From NCBI GenBank assembly GCA_015063325.1, contig SVUK01000004.1, positions 75,825 through 139,824 on the forward strand: a stretch of DNA of 64,000 bases, written 5' to 3'. The stretch's first letter is position 1. Each line of letters starts with the position of its first letter. Shown one piece after another: positions 1-8,401 of the stretch. The translations under genes and the position numbers were made by a program. The notes below the pieces were generated by a model that was not told the origin of the DNA, searched no databases, and worked only from the letters and a program-made list of their open reading frames with translations. This DNA is from Oscillospiraceae bacterium. GTDB taxonomy: Bacteria > Bacillota > Clostridia > Oscillospirales > CAG-272.

Positions 1-83
1 TGAGAAATGATGACGCTTGCAAGGCGCGGATTGGGGCGTTTAATGCAAACGGGGTATTGCAGTTTTCTTTCGTAGATCCACAT
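1..83 (-). CDS. cotJC: Spore coat protein CotJC (manganese-catalase family), N-terminal fragment; the gene continues past the window start
   Basis: The minus strand reads AAGGAGcctgaagat-ATG (start at 83), then MWIYERKLQYPVCIKRPNPRLASVIIS, a typical CotJC N-terminus. It lies immediately downstream of cotJA-cotJB. Confidence 0.75.
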   Translation of the reverse strand, partial: MWIYERKLQYPVCIKRPNPRLASVIIS

Positions 84-98
84 ATCTTCAGGCTCCTT

Positions 99-377
99 TC
101 AGCAGTTTGCGGCGGTTTCCCAAGGCCAGGGGGTTTTTACCCAGTCCCAGCTTACGGTGCTTCTGTTACCGTCCGCTGTCAGGGGACCGACGGTTTTCTC
201 ATATTGTTCTACCAAGCGCGCGTGTTCGGAAAGCAGAGCGTGGTAAAATTCCAATGCCTGTCGATTTTCGGGATAGGCGTCTAAATAGAGGACGGTTTCT
301 ACCAGCGCGAAATCAACGGCGTCTATCTGACGGGAGAGCTCCGAGGGGCGAATTTGTCCGTTTGGTTGGTTTGTCAT
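99..377 (-). CDS. cotJB: Spore coat-associated protein CotJB
   Basis: The LYLDAYPENRQALEFYHALLSEHARLVEQYEKTVGPL core matches the CotJB family. ATG at 377 is preceded by AAAGGAG with an 8-nt spacer. An upstream in-frame ATG at 395 (ATGA overlap with the cotJA stop) is an alternative start. Confidence 0.8.
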   Translation of the reverse strand: MTNQPNGQIRPSELSRQIDAVDFALVETVLYLDAYPENRQALEFYHALLSEHARLVEQYEKTVGPLTADGNRSTVSWDWVKTPWPWETAANC

Positions 378-391
378 TATTCTATCTCCTT

Positions 392-748
392 TCATCTGCC
401 CGAAAGGGTTCTGCCCATAAAGGGTTTATCCAGCTCGGTGAAAAGCGTTCCTTTGCGGAGCGCTTCGCCGATGGGGTAGAGACCGCGCCACTGCTGAACA
501 GGGGAATAGACCATGGCGAGCGAACAGGCTTCCATGCAGGGAGCGCCGCCGCGTGCTTCTTCCGCACCGGTTGCAGGAGTGGGAGCAGGGGAGGGGCGCT
601 CGGGTGTTGTTTGGGGCGAGACACGCTCCATTGCAGGAACAACCGGCGGACGGAAGCCGTTTCTGCGCGCGCCGCCGAAGAGCATTCTGCCAAAGGTTTC
701 GTCTCCGGAGCGATCGGTTCCGGGTTGCGAATGAGTTCGATCAAACAT
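392..748 (-). CDS. cotJA: Spore coat-associated protein CotJA (with a Pro/Ala-rich N-terminal extension)
   Basis: The C-terminal LAMVYSPVQQWRGLYPIGEALRKGTLFTELDKPF is the CotJA signature. I trimmed the 392..955 ORF to ATG 748, which follows AAGGAG (ggaaaaggagataacagaATG). Confidence 0.75.
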   Translation of the reverse strand: MFDRTHSQPGTDRSGDETFGRMLFGGARRNGFRPPVVPAMERVSPQTTPERPSPAPTPATGAEEARGGAPCMEACSLAMVYSPVQQWRGLYPIGEALRKGTLFTELDKPFMGRTLSGR

Positions 749-1155
749 TCTGTTATCTCCTTTTCCAAATGCAATGATCATTTTTGAAATCAGGGGAATC
801 CCCTTCGTTTCAGCATATGCGAGTTCGACAGAGTTTGACAAATCGCGTTTCAATTTGTCCCAAACGACTTTTTCTGAAAAATGACTTGACAGATTCCGGC
901 GGATATGATAAACTGAAAGTGCCAAACAAATCGAATAAAGAAACAGAAATTTCAAAAGAGGGAATATTCTGTCTTTTTTTCGTGCACTCTAATATTATAC
1001 GCGAATTCGGCAAAAGCGCAGATTCTGTGTAATATTAGGGTGTGTAAAGAATATTTTCCTCCTATGTTCGATTTGTTTGGCGACAATTGGAGTCTGCGTT
1101 TTTCGGTGCGTCGGCTTCGGTTGGCGCACTTTTTATTTATTAGGAGGAAAATTTT

Positions 1156-2376
1156 ATGGAAATTCAACGAGTTGAAACGCAGGAGGCTACCGACAAGAAT
1201 TTTTTTAAAGCAGTATTTCACATTTGTGTCGACGGAGAGAATACGGAATTATGGTTTGAAACTGATCAAAGGTATAAGGACGGCTTTTGCCAAGACAGAA
1301 TTGACGGGATTGTGGCAATGATGTTGTTAAGATGTATGGCAAAGGGCGAGGACATCTTTTCAACAATTCCAATATCAGCTAAATTACATCACCAATTAAC
1401 ATCGCAGTTGATTCCGATTTTATCAACTTATTCAAAAGGTCAGTTAAAAGAAATTAAAATCAATGCGCCGTTAACGACGCAAATATATGACGGCGAAAGA
1501 ATTGCCGGAACCGGTATGTCCGGCGGTGTTGATTCTTTGTATACTGTTATGAAGTATTCGGAAGAAGCGGTTGACGATCAGTTTCGTGTGAAATGTTTGT
1601 TGGTTGCACAAACCGATTCGATAGCGACGAAACACGAATATAGCGAACGGTATATTACAAACTGCAACCGTGCTATGGAATTTGCAAAAGAATATGGCTA
1701 TTCTTGTTTGTGCGTTAACACAAATTTCAGAGATTTTTATGGCAGCGATCGTATTCAATACACAAGTGAAGATACTTTTATGATGTGTGGAATCGCGTTG
1801 CTTTTTTCAAAAATGTTCAATACCTATTATTTTTCCGGCGCACAATCAATTGATTATTTAACAATTGAACCTCCAAAAGCATCAGAAGCGTATAATCTTG
1901 TGACATTGCCGTTATTGTCTACGGAAAATCTAACTTTTTACTTGGGTGGATTTTGCGGAAGATTTCAAAAAGAACGGGAGCTTTCTCTATACGAACCTAG
2001 TTACAAATATCTAAACGTATGTTGGCATTATTCTGCTACAGAACGCATGAATTGCGGCGAGTGTGGAAAATGCAGAAGAACAATTTTGGCTTTTGACATA
2101 ATTGGTTGCATGGATAAATACCGTAGTGTTTTTAATCTTGAAAACTATAATGAAAACAGAAATAGCATATTGGCAGACATCGTTGTAAGAGAGGATGATA
2201 AATATGGATTCCTCCAAGAATTATTTGATGCTGCAATAAGAAATGATTTTAAGTTTCCGGAGAAATCTCTCAAAATTGCAAAAGCAAGAACTAAACAACT
2301 GAAACGCGAGAAGACAAAGCAGAAATTAAAAGGAATGTTGAGGAAAATAAAGAGGTTGTTTGTAAAAAGCAAATAA
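1156..2376 (+). CDS. PP-loop (SGGxDS) ATP-pyrophosphatase superfamily protein with a QueC-like C-terminal Cys cluster, 406 aa; function unknown
   Basis: SD AGGAGG lies 7 nt upstream of the ATG. The PP-loop GMSGGVDS is at aa 120-127 (nt 1513-1536). The pattern C289-x10-C300-x2-C303-x2-C306 (NVCWHYSATERMNCGECGKCRRT) is present, along with a Lys/Arg-rich C-terminal tail. The gene is visibly AT-rich compared with its neighbours. Confidence 0.6.
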   Translation: MEIQRVETQEATDKNFFKAVFHICVDGENTELWFETDQRYKDGFCQDRIDGIVAMMLLRCMAKGEDIFSTIPISAKLHHQLTSQLIPILSTYSKGQLKEIKINAPLTTQIYDGERIAGTGMSGGVDSLYTVMKYSEEAVDDQFRVKCLLVAQTDSIATKHEYSERYITNCNRAMEFAKEYGYSCLCVNTNFRDFYGSDRIQYTSEDTFMMCGIALLFSKMFNTYYFSGAQSIDYLTIEPPKASEAYNLVTLPLLSTENLTFYLGGFCGRFQKERELSLYEPSYKYLNVCWHYSATERMNCGECGKCRRTILAFDIIGCMDKYRSVFNLENYNENRNSILADIVVREDDKYGFLQELFDAAIRNDFKFPEKSLKIAKARTKQLKREKTKQKLKGMLRKIKRLFVKSK

Positions 2377-2395
2377 CGTAAAAAACATTTCAACC

Positions 2396-2424
2396 CCGGG
2401 GCGGCGTTTGCCGCCCCGGTTTTC
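2396..2424 (+). terminator. Intrinsic terminator of the PP-loop gene
   Basis: CCGGGGCGGC-gttt-GCCGCCCCGG followed by TTTT. Confidence 0.8.
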
Positions 2425-2430
2425 GTGCAA

Positions 2431-2460
2431 CCGAAAAAGAGCCGCCCACAGGCGGCTCTT
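2431..2460 (-). terminator. Intrinsic terminator of dusB
   Basis: On the minus strand AAGAGCCGCC-tgtg-GGCGGCTCTT is followed by TTTTTCGG, 13 nt after the dusB stop. Confidence 0.75.
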
Positions 2461-2472
2461 TCACTTGATTTT

Positions 2473-3492
2473 TCATTCTTCCAATTGTTCCAATAGCGGC
2501 AAAATCCCGTCGAGCGATTCCACGCGCATCAGTTTTCCGCGCACCGCGGCAGAGCCGCGCAAACCGTGGGTGTACCATGCCAAATGCTTTCGCGCCTCGG
2601 CAATGCCGATTTTTTCGCCTTTTTCTTCCACCAGACGTTCGGCGTGCTCCAGGGCGACCGCCATTCGTTCGGCAAGCGTTGGCGGCGTATAGGGGCGACC
2701 TTCCAGCGCGGCGGCAATCTCGGCAAAAATCCAAGGGTTGCCCTGCGCGCCCCGCGCAACCATCACGCCGTCGCAATGCGTCTCGACCAGCATTTTCAAG
2801 GCGTCGGCGGCAGAGAAAATATCGCCGTTGCCCAAAACGGGAATCTTGACGGCTTCCTTTACGCGCGCAATCTCTTCCCAATCGGCGCTCGGCGCATACA
2901 TCTGCTCGCGCGTCCTGCCGTGAACGCAGATCATCGAAGCCCCGGCGTCCTCCATGCGACGGGCAAATTCCACGGCGCAAAGGTGATCCCGATTCCAGCC
3001 GATCCGCATTTTCACGGTTATTGGCAGGGAGACCGCGCTTGTCATCGCCCGAACGATCTCTGCGGCGCGTTTCGGATCTTTTAGGAGCGCAGAGCCTTCG
3101 CCGTTGCCGACGATTTTTGCCATAGGACAGCCCATGTTGATGTCGATCGCCGATGGTGGAACCTCGCCGCACGCGCCGCGGTATTCGCCCGATTCCAAAA
3201 GACGCGCCGCCTCGGCAAGAAATTTGGGCTCCGATCCGAAAAGTTGTACCGCCATAGGCAATTCATCGCGCCGGACTGCGGCAAGCGGCGCGGTGCGCAC
3301 ACGGTTGGGGGTTGGGGAGCGGCGGCTGATTTGCTCGTAGCAAAGCGCTTTTGCCGAAACCATTTCGCTCACGGTGTATTCGGCGCCGAATCGCCGGGCA
3401 AGCGCACGGAACACGTAGTCGCTTACCCCTGCGAGCGGAGCCAGACAAAGTCCGTTCTGTAATTCCACCGCACCGAATTTCACCTTTGCCAT
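2473..3492 (-). CDS. dusB: tRNA-dihydrouridine synthase (DusB family)
   Basis: MAKVKFGAVELQNGLCLAPLAGVSDYVFRALARRFGAEYTVSEMVSAKAL, plus INMGCP and the TIM-barrel flavin-enzyme layout. 339 aa. Confidence 0.9.
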   Translation of the reverse strand: MAKVKFGAVELQNGLCLAPLAGVSDYVFRALARRFGAEYTVSEMVSAKALCYEQISRRSPTPNRVRTAPLAAVRRDELPMAVQLFGSEPKFLAEAARLLESGEYRGACGEVPPSAIDINMGCPMAKIVGNGEGSALLKDPKRAAEIVRAMTSAVSLPITVKMRIGWNRDHLCAVEFARRMEDAGASMICVHGRTREQMYAPSADWEEIARVKEAVKIPVLGNGDIFSAADALKMLVETHCDGVMVARGAQGNPWIFAEIAAALEGRPYTPPTLAERMAVALEHAERLVEEKGEKIGIAEARKHLAWYTHGLRGSAAVRGKLMRVESLDGILPLLEQLEE

Positions 3493-3761
3493 ACCTGCGC
3501 CCTCCCTTTCGTAAAATCAATTCATTTTATCATAAATCAACAGTAAATGCAAGCGCGAGAAAAAAGATTCCGGAAAAATAAAAAATCGTTCGCCTGATCT
3601 CGGCGCAAAATCCGATCCTTCGGCAGGGGATTTTCGGGCGGTATGGCGAAGTGCGTCGCAAAGAGCGCGGTGGGGTCAAAAGAAGGCGAGAAAAACCGGT
3701 TGCAAATCGTCCGGCGATATGCTATCATTTGAGAACACCGACCGAAAGGGGGAAGTTACAT

Positions 3762-4532
3762 ATGAAAATGGGAAAACAAATTGGATTGTTGGTGGTTGTC
3801 TCACTTTTTGCAATCGCCGTTGCCGTGGCGGTCGTATGGTTTGGAAATTCTACGGTGCAAACAAAAATTATCGTGCCGGAACAGCAAACGCCGCAGCAGA
3901 ATGCCGGACAAACCCAGCAACCGGCAAATGAAAAAAAAGGAGATTCGGAAAATACATCCGACGAGCCGGCGACCGATAAACAGGAAGAACCCGAACCGGA
4001 AGAACCGACGCCGCCGGAAAACGAACTGCTTTACCAAAGTTTGGGGAACGGAAATTGTTGCGTGATCGGACCGGGCGGAGTGAAGGACGCCTGCGTGGTC
4101 ATTCCGAAAGTCTCTCCGGCAGGAGAGCGCGTTACCAAAATTGCCTCGCGCGCCTTTTTCGGGTGTGAGTGGGTCACCGCTGTGCAAATTCCCGAAACGG
4201 TTCGCGAGATCGGTGCGCTTGCGTTCGCCGATTGCAAAAATTTGGTCTATATTTCGGTCAACGCGCAAAATCCGGTGTATTGTGACGCCGACGGTGTGTT
4301 GTATACGGTCGACAAACGGGTGCTTTTGCAATATCCGCCCATGCGCGTGGGAGATCCGCTGGTTCTTCCCGTAAGTGTGACCGCCATTTCGGAAATGGCG
4401 TTTTATGGTTGCAAAAATCTCAAATCGGTTGTATACGGCGGGAGCGGCGAGGATTGGGAGCGGATTGAAATCGGGTCGCGAAACTATGATTTGTTCGCCT
4501 CGGCAATTCGGTTTGGAACAACAAGCGAATAA
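3762..4532 (+). CDS. Membrane-anchored BspA-type leucine-rich-repeat protein
   Basis: ATG 3762 follows AAGGGGGA. There is an N-terminal TM helix (IGLLVVVSLFAIAVAVAVVWF), a Pro/Glu-rich linker, then LRR_5-like repeats (IPETVREIGALAFADCKNLVYISV; LPVSVTAISEMAFYGCKNLKSVVY). Confidence 0.7.
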   Translation: MKMGKQIGLLVVVSLFAIAVAVAVVWFGNSTVQTKIIVPEQQTPQQNAGQTQQPANEKKGDSENTSDEPATDKQEEPEPEEPTPPENELLYQSLGNGNCCVIGPGGVKDACVVIPKVSPAGERVTKIASRAFFGCEWVTAVQIPETVREIGALAFADCKNLVYISVNAQNPVYCDADGVLYTVDKRVLLQYPPMRVGDPLVLPVSVTAISEMAFYGCKNLKSVVYGGSGEDWERIEIGSRNYDLFASAIRFGTTSE

Positions 4533-4538
4533 AAATCA

Positions 4539-4575
4539 GGGGACTTTCACAAAGGCGTGAAAGTCCCCCTTTTTA
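4539..4575. terminator. Bidirectional hairpin terminator between the LRR gene and the phage block
   Basis: GGGGACTTTCAC-aaaggc-GTGAAAGTCCCC is followed by a T-run on the plus strand and flanked by an A-run on the other side. Confidence 0.8.
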
Positions 4576-4589
4576 GGGAAATCGGGCGA

Positions 4590-4982
4590 TTAGATCAGAT
4601 GATAGCGGTCGGCGATTGGCTCGGTCGAGGCAGGAATCATCCGGCGGATCTCGGCGAGTCCGGCAAGATACCGGGAGTAGTACTGCTTGGAAAGTTCCGT
4701 ATCTTCGTCAATCACCAAAAGAGAGGCGAGCGCAAAGGGAACAATGCCGAGGAAAACATCCGAGAGCGGAAAACTGCCGGTCAGATCGTGCAGTTTTGTA
4801 TCGGGGATCCAGGTGCTCTCCGGAAGCCCGTTTACCTGCCGCCAGATTTTGTCGAGCGGAATGCATTGATTGTAAATCAATGCCAAAAGGCTAACGGCGC
4901 GAACGGAATAGTCTCCGCTTGCAGAAAGAGGCAATTCTCCGCTGACGCTGATTGCCGATTGAATAATATCGTCATGCGTCAT
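4590..4982 (-). CDS. Phage protein of unknown function (position suggests a head-completion or connector protein)
   Basis: 130-aa ORF starting 21 nt after the capsid gene stop. ATG 4982 follows AAGGG. No recognisable motif; the call rests on position only. Confidence 0.45.
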   Translation of the reverse strand: MTHDDIIQSAISVSGELPLSASGDYSVRAVSLLALIYNQCIPLDKIWRQVNGLPESTWIPDTKLHDLTGSFPLSDVFLGIVPFALASLLVIDEDTELSKQYYSRYLAGLAEIRRMIPASTEPIADRYHLI

Positions 4983-5002
4983 ATAAAGAAACCCTTAAAT
5001 CA

Positions 5003-5839
5003 TCATTCGATGGAAAGATCAAGTACGCAGATTTCGTTCGGGTAAACGATTTTTGCGCCATAAAGGTGCAAGCCTTTTACCGCGTCCGCAAAACGAGATT
5101 CAGGGCGATATGCCTCAATTTCGGAAATTTGTTCCGCAAAAGCGATTGCACGGCGAGAACGTGCATAGCAGTAGTGGTGATTTGCCGAGGCGCCTTCGTG
5201 AATATAAATGTTGTTTGTAACAAAGACTTTGCAACCTGCAATTTTTCCAATGCAGCCGTTTTCAAAAATATCCGCACTGTCGGAGCTCAGACTGATCTCC
5301 TTTTTGAGCAGCTCTTCCGCAGCTTTGGGAGTAATTTCAAAAACAATGTCGTTCACATCGGTAACACCGCTCTTCATCAGCATGGTGCGTGCTTCCAAGA
5401 ATGGGTGCAGAATACTTGAGTAGTCATTGTTGATAATATCGCAGTAAACGCGATTTTCCACCTGATCGTAGAGCGAATAGATGTACTGATCGGCTTCTTT
5501 CGCCAGCGCGGCGGCAGCGTTTTTCATGGCGGCTTCCATCAGCCCGGGAACCGCCTGTGCATGGTCGATGTCATCCAGTTGGAAATTGAAGTATTTCGCG
5601 CGGTCGACAACCAACTCCAAAGTGGTGCCGTCCAAGCTTTCCGGAGAAGACATATCGCAGTTCGGGGTGTAGTCGGAAACGGAAATATCTCCAACGTTCA
5701 GAATCTTCACACGGCTGCCTTTTTTCTTGATTTCACCCTCGTATTCACGAGAGCAGTTTGCAACGCCGACGTATTTTTCATCCAGTGCTTTTTGGAGCGT
5801 TTCGCTCCAAACGGTAGGAATAAAGTTTTGAACAGACAT
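5003..5839 (-). CDS. Phage major capsid protein (HK97-fold type, 278 aa)
   Basis: The N-terminus MSVQNFIPTVWSETLQKALDEKYV is typical of small P22-coat-like or phage capsid families. The gene lies directly after the scaffold gene. SD AAAGGA. Confidence 0.7.
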   Translation of the reverse strand: MSVQNFIPTVWSETLQKALDEKYVGVANCSREYEGEIKKKGSRVKILNVGDISVSDYTPNCDMSSPESLDGTTLELVVDRAKYFNFQLDDIDHAQAVPGLMEAAMKNAAAALAKEADQYIYSLYDQVENRVYCDIINNDYSSILHPFLEARTMLMKSGVTDVNDIVFEITPKAAEELLKKEISLSSDSADIFENGCIGKIAGCKVFVTNNIYIHEGASANHHYCYARSRRAIAFAEQISEIEAYRPESRFADAVKGLHLYGAKIVYPNEICVLDLSIE

Positions 5840-5875
5840 AGTAAAAAATCCTTTCTTTTGTAAAAAAATAGTTTA

Positions 5876-6754
5876 TTAGTGCCATTTCGGCATGGAAAGT
5901 AAAATTTGACGGTACTGCTTCCGCACTTCGGTGGGGGTCATGTTTCGTACTTCGGCAGGCGAGAGAAATCCGACCGAATCGCCTTCGGCAGAGCCGCTGG
6001 AACGCGCACGGTTCGCGGCGTTTGCCGACTCGGCAATTTTTGCAAGTCGCTGGGAGCGGCGTTCATTCAGCGCATAAGCGGCGGCAAGCGGAACACCGCG
6101 TTGTATGTCGGAGAGAACTACGTCCGGCAGTGCGGAAAGTGATGCGTCCGGGAAAAGGTCGCGAAATTCTTCCAGCTCAGCTTCTTGTTCGATCAGCGCT
6201 TTGCGCGATGAGCGGATTTCTTCGCGCAGGCGGTTTAATTCTTCCCGGAGCTGCCCCAGTTCTTGCGGATCAAACCGATCAGCAGGCGGATCAGCCGGTA
6301 AAGTTCGGTCAGGCTGATTGTCAGTTTGAAGAGGGTCTTCCAAAACGGACTTTTCTTCGGTTGCATGCGGTTCGACTGTTTCTGTTTTTGTTCCGGCACC
6401 GGATTCTGTTTCTGTTTTTGTTCCGGCTCCGGATTCTGTTCCGGCTCCGGATTCTGTTTCTGTTTTTGTTCCGGCTCCGGATTCTGTTCCGGGTTTTGCT
6501 CCGGCTCCGGATTCTGTTCCGGCTCCGGGTTCGGCTCCGGGTTCGGCTCCGGCTCTTCTTCCGGATTCTTGTTCGGGGTTTCGTTTAAATCCTTGTTCAA
6601 AATCGGATCCTCCTTCCGGTATTGATTTTGCAGTTGTTTTTTTTGATTTTGTTTTTCCTTTCGCAGTTTTTTCCGGTTCTTCCGCGCTCGGTGGATTTTT
6701 CGCAGGGTCCACTTCAGGCGGATTCGAAAGGGGGTTAAGGAATTGCTCATTCAA
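5876..6754 (-). CDS. Phage capsid scaffolding protein with an internal tandem-repeat low-complexity region
   Basis: Located between the portal and capsid genes. A coiled-coil segment (QELGQLREELNRLREEIRSSRKALIEQEAELEEF) follows ESGAGTKTET-type repeats. The TTG start at 6754 is preceded by GGAGGAGAGGTGG and overlaps the portal stop by 8 nt. Confidence 0.65.
   Translation of the reverse strand: MNEQFLNPLSNPPEVDPAKNPPSAEEPEKTAKGKTKSKKTTAKSIPEGGSDFEQGFKRNPEQESGRRAGAEPGAEPGAGTESGAGAKPGTESGAGTKTETESGAGTESGAGTKTETESGAGTKTETVEPHATEEKSVLEDPLQTDNQPDRTLPADPPADRFDPQELGQLREELNRLREEIRSSRKALIEQEAELEEFRDLFPDASLSALPDVVLSDIQRGVPLAAAYALNERRSQRLAKIAESANAANRARSSGSAEGDSVGFLSPAEVRNMTPTEVRKQYRQILLSMPKWH
6375..6555 (-). 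repeat. In-frame tandem DNA repeats (18-30-bp units) inside the scaffold gene
   Basis: Reiterated ctccggattctgtt(ccgg/tctgtttttgttccgg) units encode (T/A)ESGAG(TKTE) and AEPG repeats. Confidence 0.85.
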
Positions 6755-8276
6755 GGTCCACCTCTCCTCCTTCCGTATTGAGTTCTGAAATCAACGCAGC
6801 GCGCTCGGGAATACAACCGTCGGGCAAGGCTTGCAGGTATTGTTGGGCCGAAATATGACCACCGGAGAGCAGATTGCCCAAAAGGGCGACCGTTGCCGAG
6901 ATTGAGAAGGTTGAATTATCCGAGTAGGTTGCATGGGCGCGTAAAATTTCCTCCGAGAGCAGACGGTAATCGGGGCGGCAGGCAATAACGCCGGCTTCGG
7001 TTTCCACGGGGAGAAGCCGTTCTGCGGGGAAATAGGCGCAAAGCATATCCGCCCAAATCGTTGCAACTTCGCCGAGCGCACGGGAGAAACGCGCCGAGAC
7101 TTGGCGCAGAGCGACCATGGAAGCTTCGCGAAGCGCGAGAATGGCGCTGGTATTGTTTGCGCGTTCGTCGCCCAAAGCCGAATCGGTTGCGCCCATCAAA
7201 TTTTTGGTGGTGTTTACCACATTGTTGATCAGATCGAGATATCCCGGCTCCAATTGACCAACGCCAACAACCGAAACCGCGTCTGCAACGGTACCGCCGC
7301 CAACTGCGGCAATGGCTTCTCCCACCTCGTTGGACCATTCCGGAATACGGGATTTGTCGTAAACGACTTTGGAGAACGCCGTGTCGTTCATGTGCTTCAT
7401 GACCAAAGCATAAGCCGAGTTGAGGTATTTTTGGTTGGGAATCAGTTCGGTAATCGGCGAGGAGCCGTGGTAGGAGCCTTTGCGCGGTAGCCAGTTGAAA
7501 AGAACGACCGGATAGTAACGCAGACCGGTCATTGCGCGGCGGATCACGCAATAATGGGTGGACTTTTCAAACACGACTTTTCCGTTCTCGCGGAAAAACC
7601 GGATCAAATAGGTTGCTTTATCCGATCCCTCGCGTTCGGGGATAGAGAGATCTCCGTCGTCCGGCTGGATTTTCTCCGCCATGGCTTCCTCAACGCCGGC
7701 TTCCAGCGCTTCGCGGCGCAAATCGATTACCGGCGCGCGGCCGGAAAGCATAATGTAGTCCTGCGATTGAATGTCCGGGTTGTTGACATCGCAAAGAAAG
7801 AGATTCGCTCCGTCTACAACATCGGTGCGGATCTCGCCCGAAAAAGGCTGACCGCTGTTGACCGACGAATCCCACCAACAATAGAATACACCGTCGCCGG
7901 AAACGGCGGCATTCAACAGCGCGCGGTTTGCAATTTCCCCCATATAGTCGGTTTTCCAGCGGTATGCGGCGTATTGCTCCAAAAGCCGAAGTCCGTCGGA
8001 AACATTTTTTTGAAGAGCCGAAGAATCAAGGTAGGGAAGCTTTTCGTCGGTATAGCGAATCGTAATATTTTGCGGAGAGATCGCACCGACCAGATAATCC
8101 ACGATCCGTCGGGTTACATTAAAAACGGGATGGGGGAGATCGCGGTCATATCCGTCCCATTGTTCTCCGCGGTAGAACCGCTCATTTTTGCGGTTGGTTT
8201 CGTAGAGATTGATTTTTCGGTTGTACTCCAGCCCGGATTCATATAAAGACCAGGCAGGCGTGATTGAATCGTTCAT
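6747..8276 (-). CDS. Phage portal protein
   Basis: 509 aa, upstream of scaffold and capsid. The N-terminus MNDSITPAWSLYESGLEYNRKINLYETNRKNERFYRGEQW resembles portal N-termini. The ORF stays open upstream to TTG 8384 through the 21-bp repeats, so the start is uncertain. Confidence 0.72.
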   Translation of the reverse strand: MNDSITPAWSLYESGLEYNRKINLYETNRKNERFYRGEQWDGYDRDLPHPVFNVTRRIVDYLVGAISPQNITIRYTDEKLPYLDSSALQKNVSDGLRLLEQYAAYRWKTDYMGEIANRALLNAAVSGDGVFYCWWDSSVNSGQPFSGEIRTDVVDGANLFLCDVNNPDIQSQDYIMLSGRAPVIDLRREALEAGVEEAMAEKIQPDDGDLSIPEREGSDKATYLIRFFRENGKVVFEKSTHYCVIRRAMTGLRYYPVVLFNWLPRKGSYHGSSPITELIPNQKYLNSAYALVMKHMNDTAFSKVVYDKSRIPEWSNEVGEAIAAVGGGTVADAVSVVGVGQLEPGYLDLINNVVNTTKNLMGATDSALGDERANNTSAILALREASMVALRQVSARFSRALGEVATIWADMLCAYFPAERLLPVETEAGVIACRPDYRLLSEEILRAHATYSDNSTFSISATVALLGNLLSGGHISAQQYLQALPDGCIPERAALISELNTEGGEVDLE

Positions 8277-8309
8277 AAAATGGTGATGCCTTTCTGCAAG
8301 ATGGTTTTT

Positions 8310-8372
8310 GAGAGATATAAGATGTTTCCTGAGAAATATAAGATGATCACTAAGAAATATAAGATGATTTCC
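8310..8372. repeat. Three tandem 21-bp repeats (plus a degenerate fourth at 8291-8309) immediately upstream of the portal ATG
   Basis: gagagatataagatgtttcct / gagaaatataagatgatcact / aagaaatataagatgatttcc. Confidence 0.9.
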
Positions 8373-8401
8373 GAGGAACACCAAACGTCAAACAATGCGT
8401 G

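Noticed and set aside
392-955. 187-aa long form of the cotJA ORF
   Set aside because: The N-terminal 69 residues fall in AT-rich non-coding-looking DNA. An AAGGAG-preceded ATG at 748 gives a protein with the CotJA core.
2390-3172. 260-aa Arg-rich minus-strand ORF overlapping dusB in another frame
   Set aside because: It is an extremely Arg/Gly-rich alternative frame of a GC-rich gene. dusB in the adjacent frame has clear family motifs.
8291-8372. A possible CRISPR array (also considered for 52971-53315 and 6375-6555)
   Set aside because: The repeats are directly adjacent with no unique spacers. Two of the three arrays are in-frame coding repeats, and there are no cas genes in the window.
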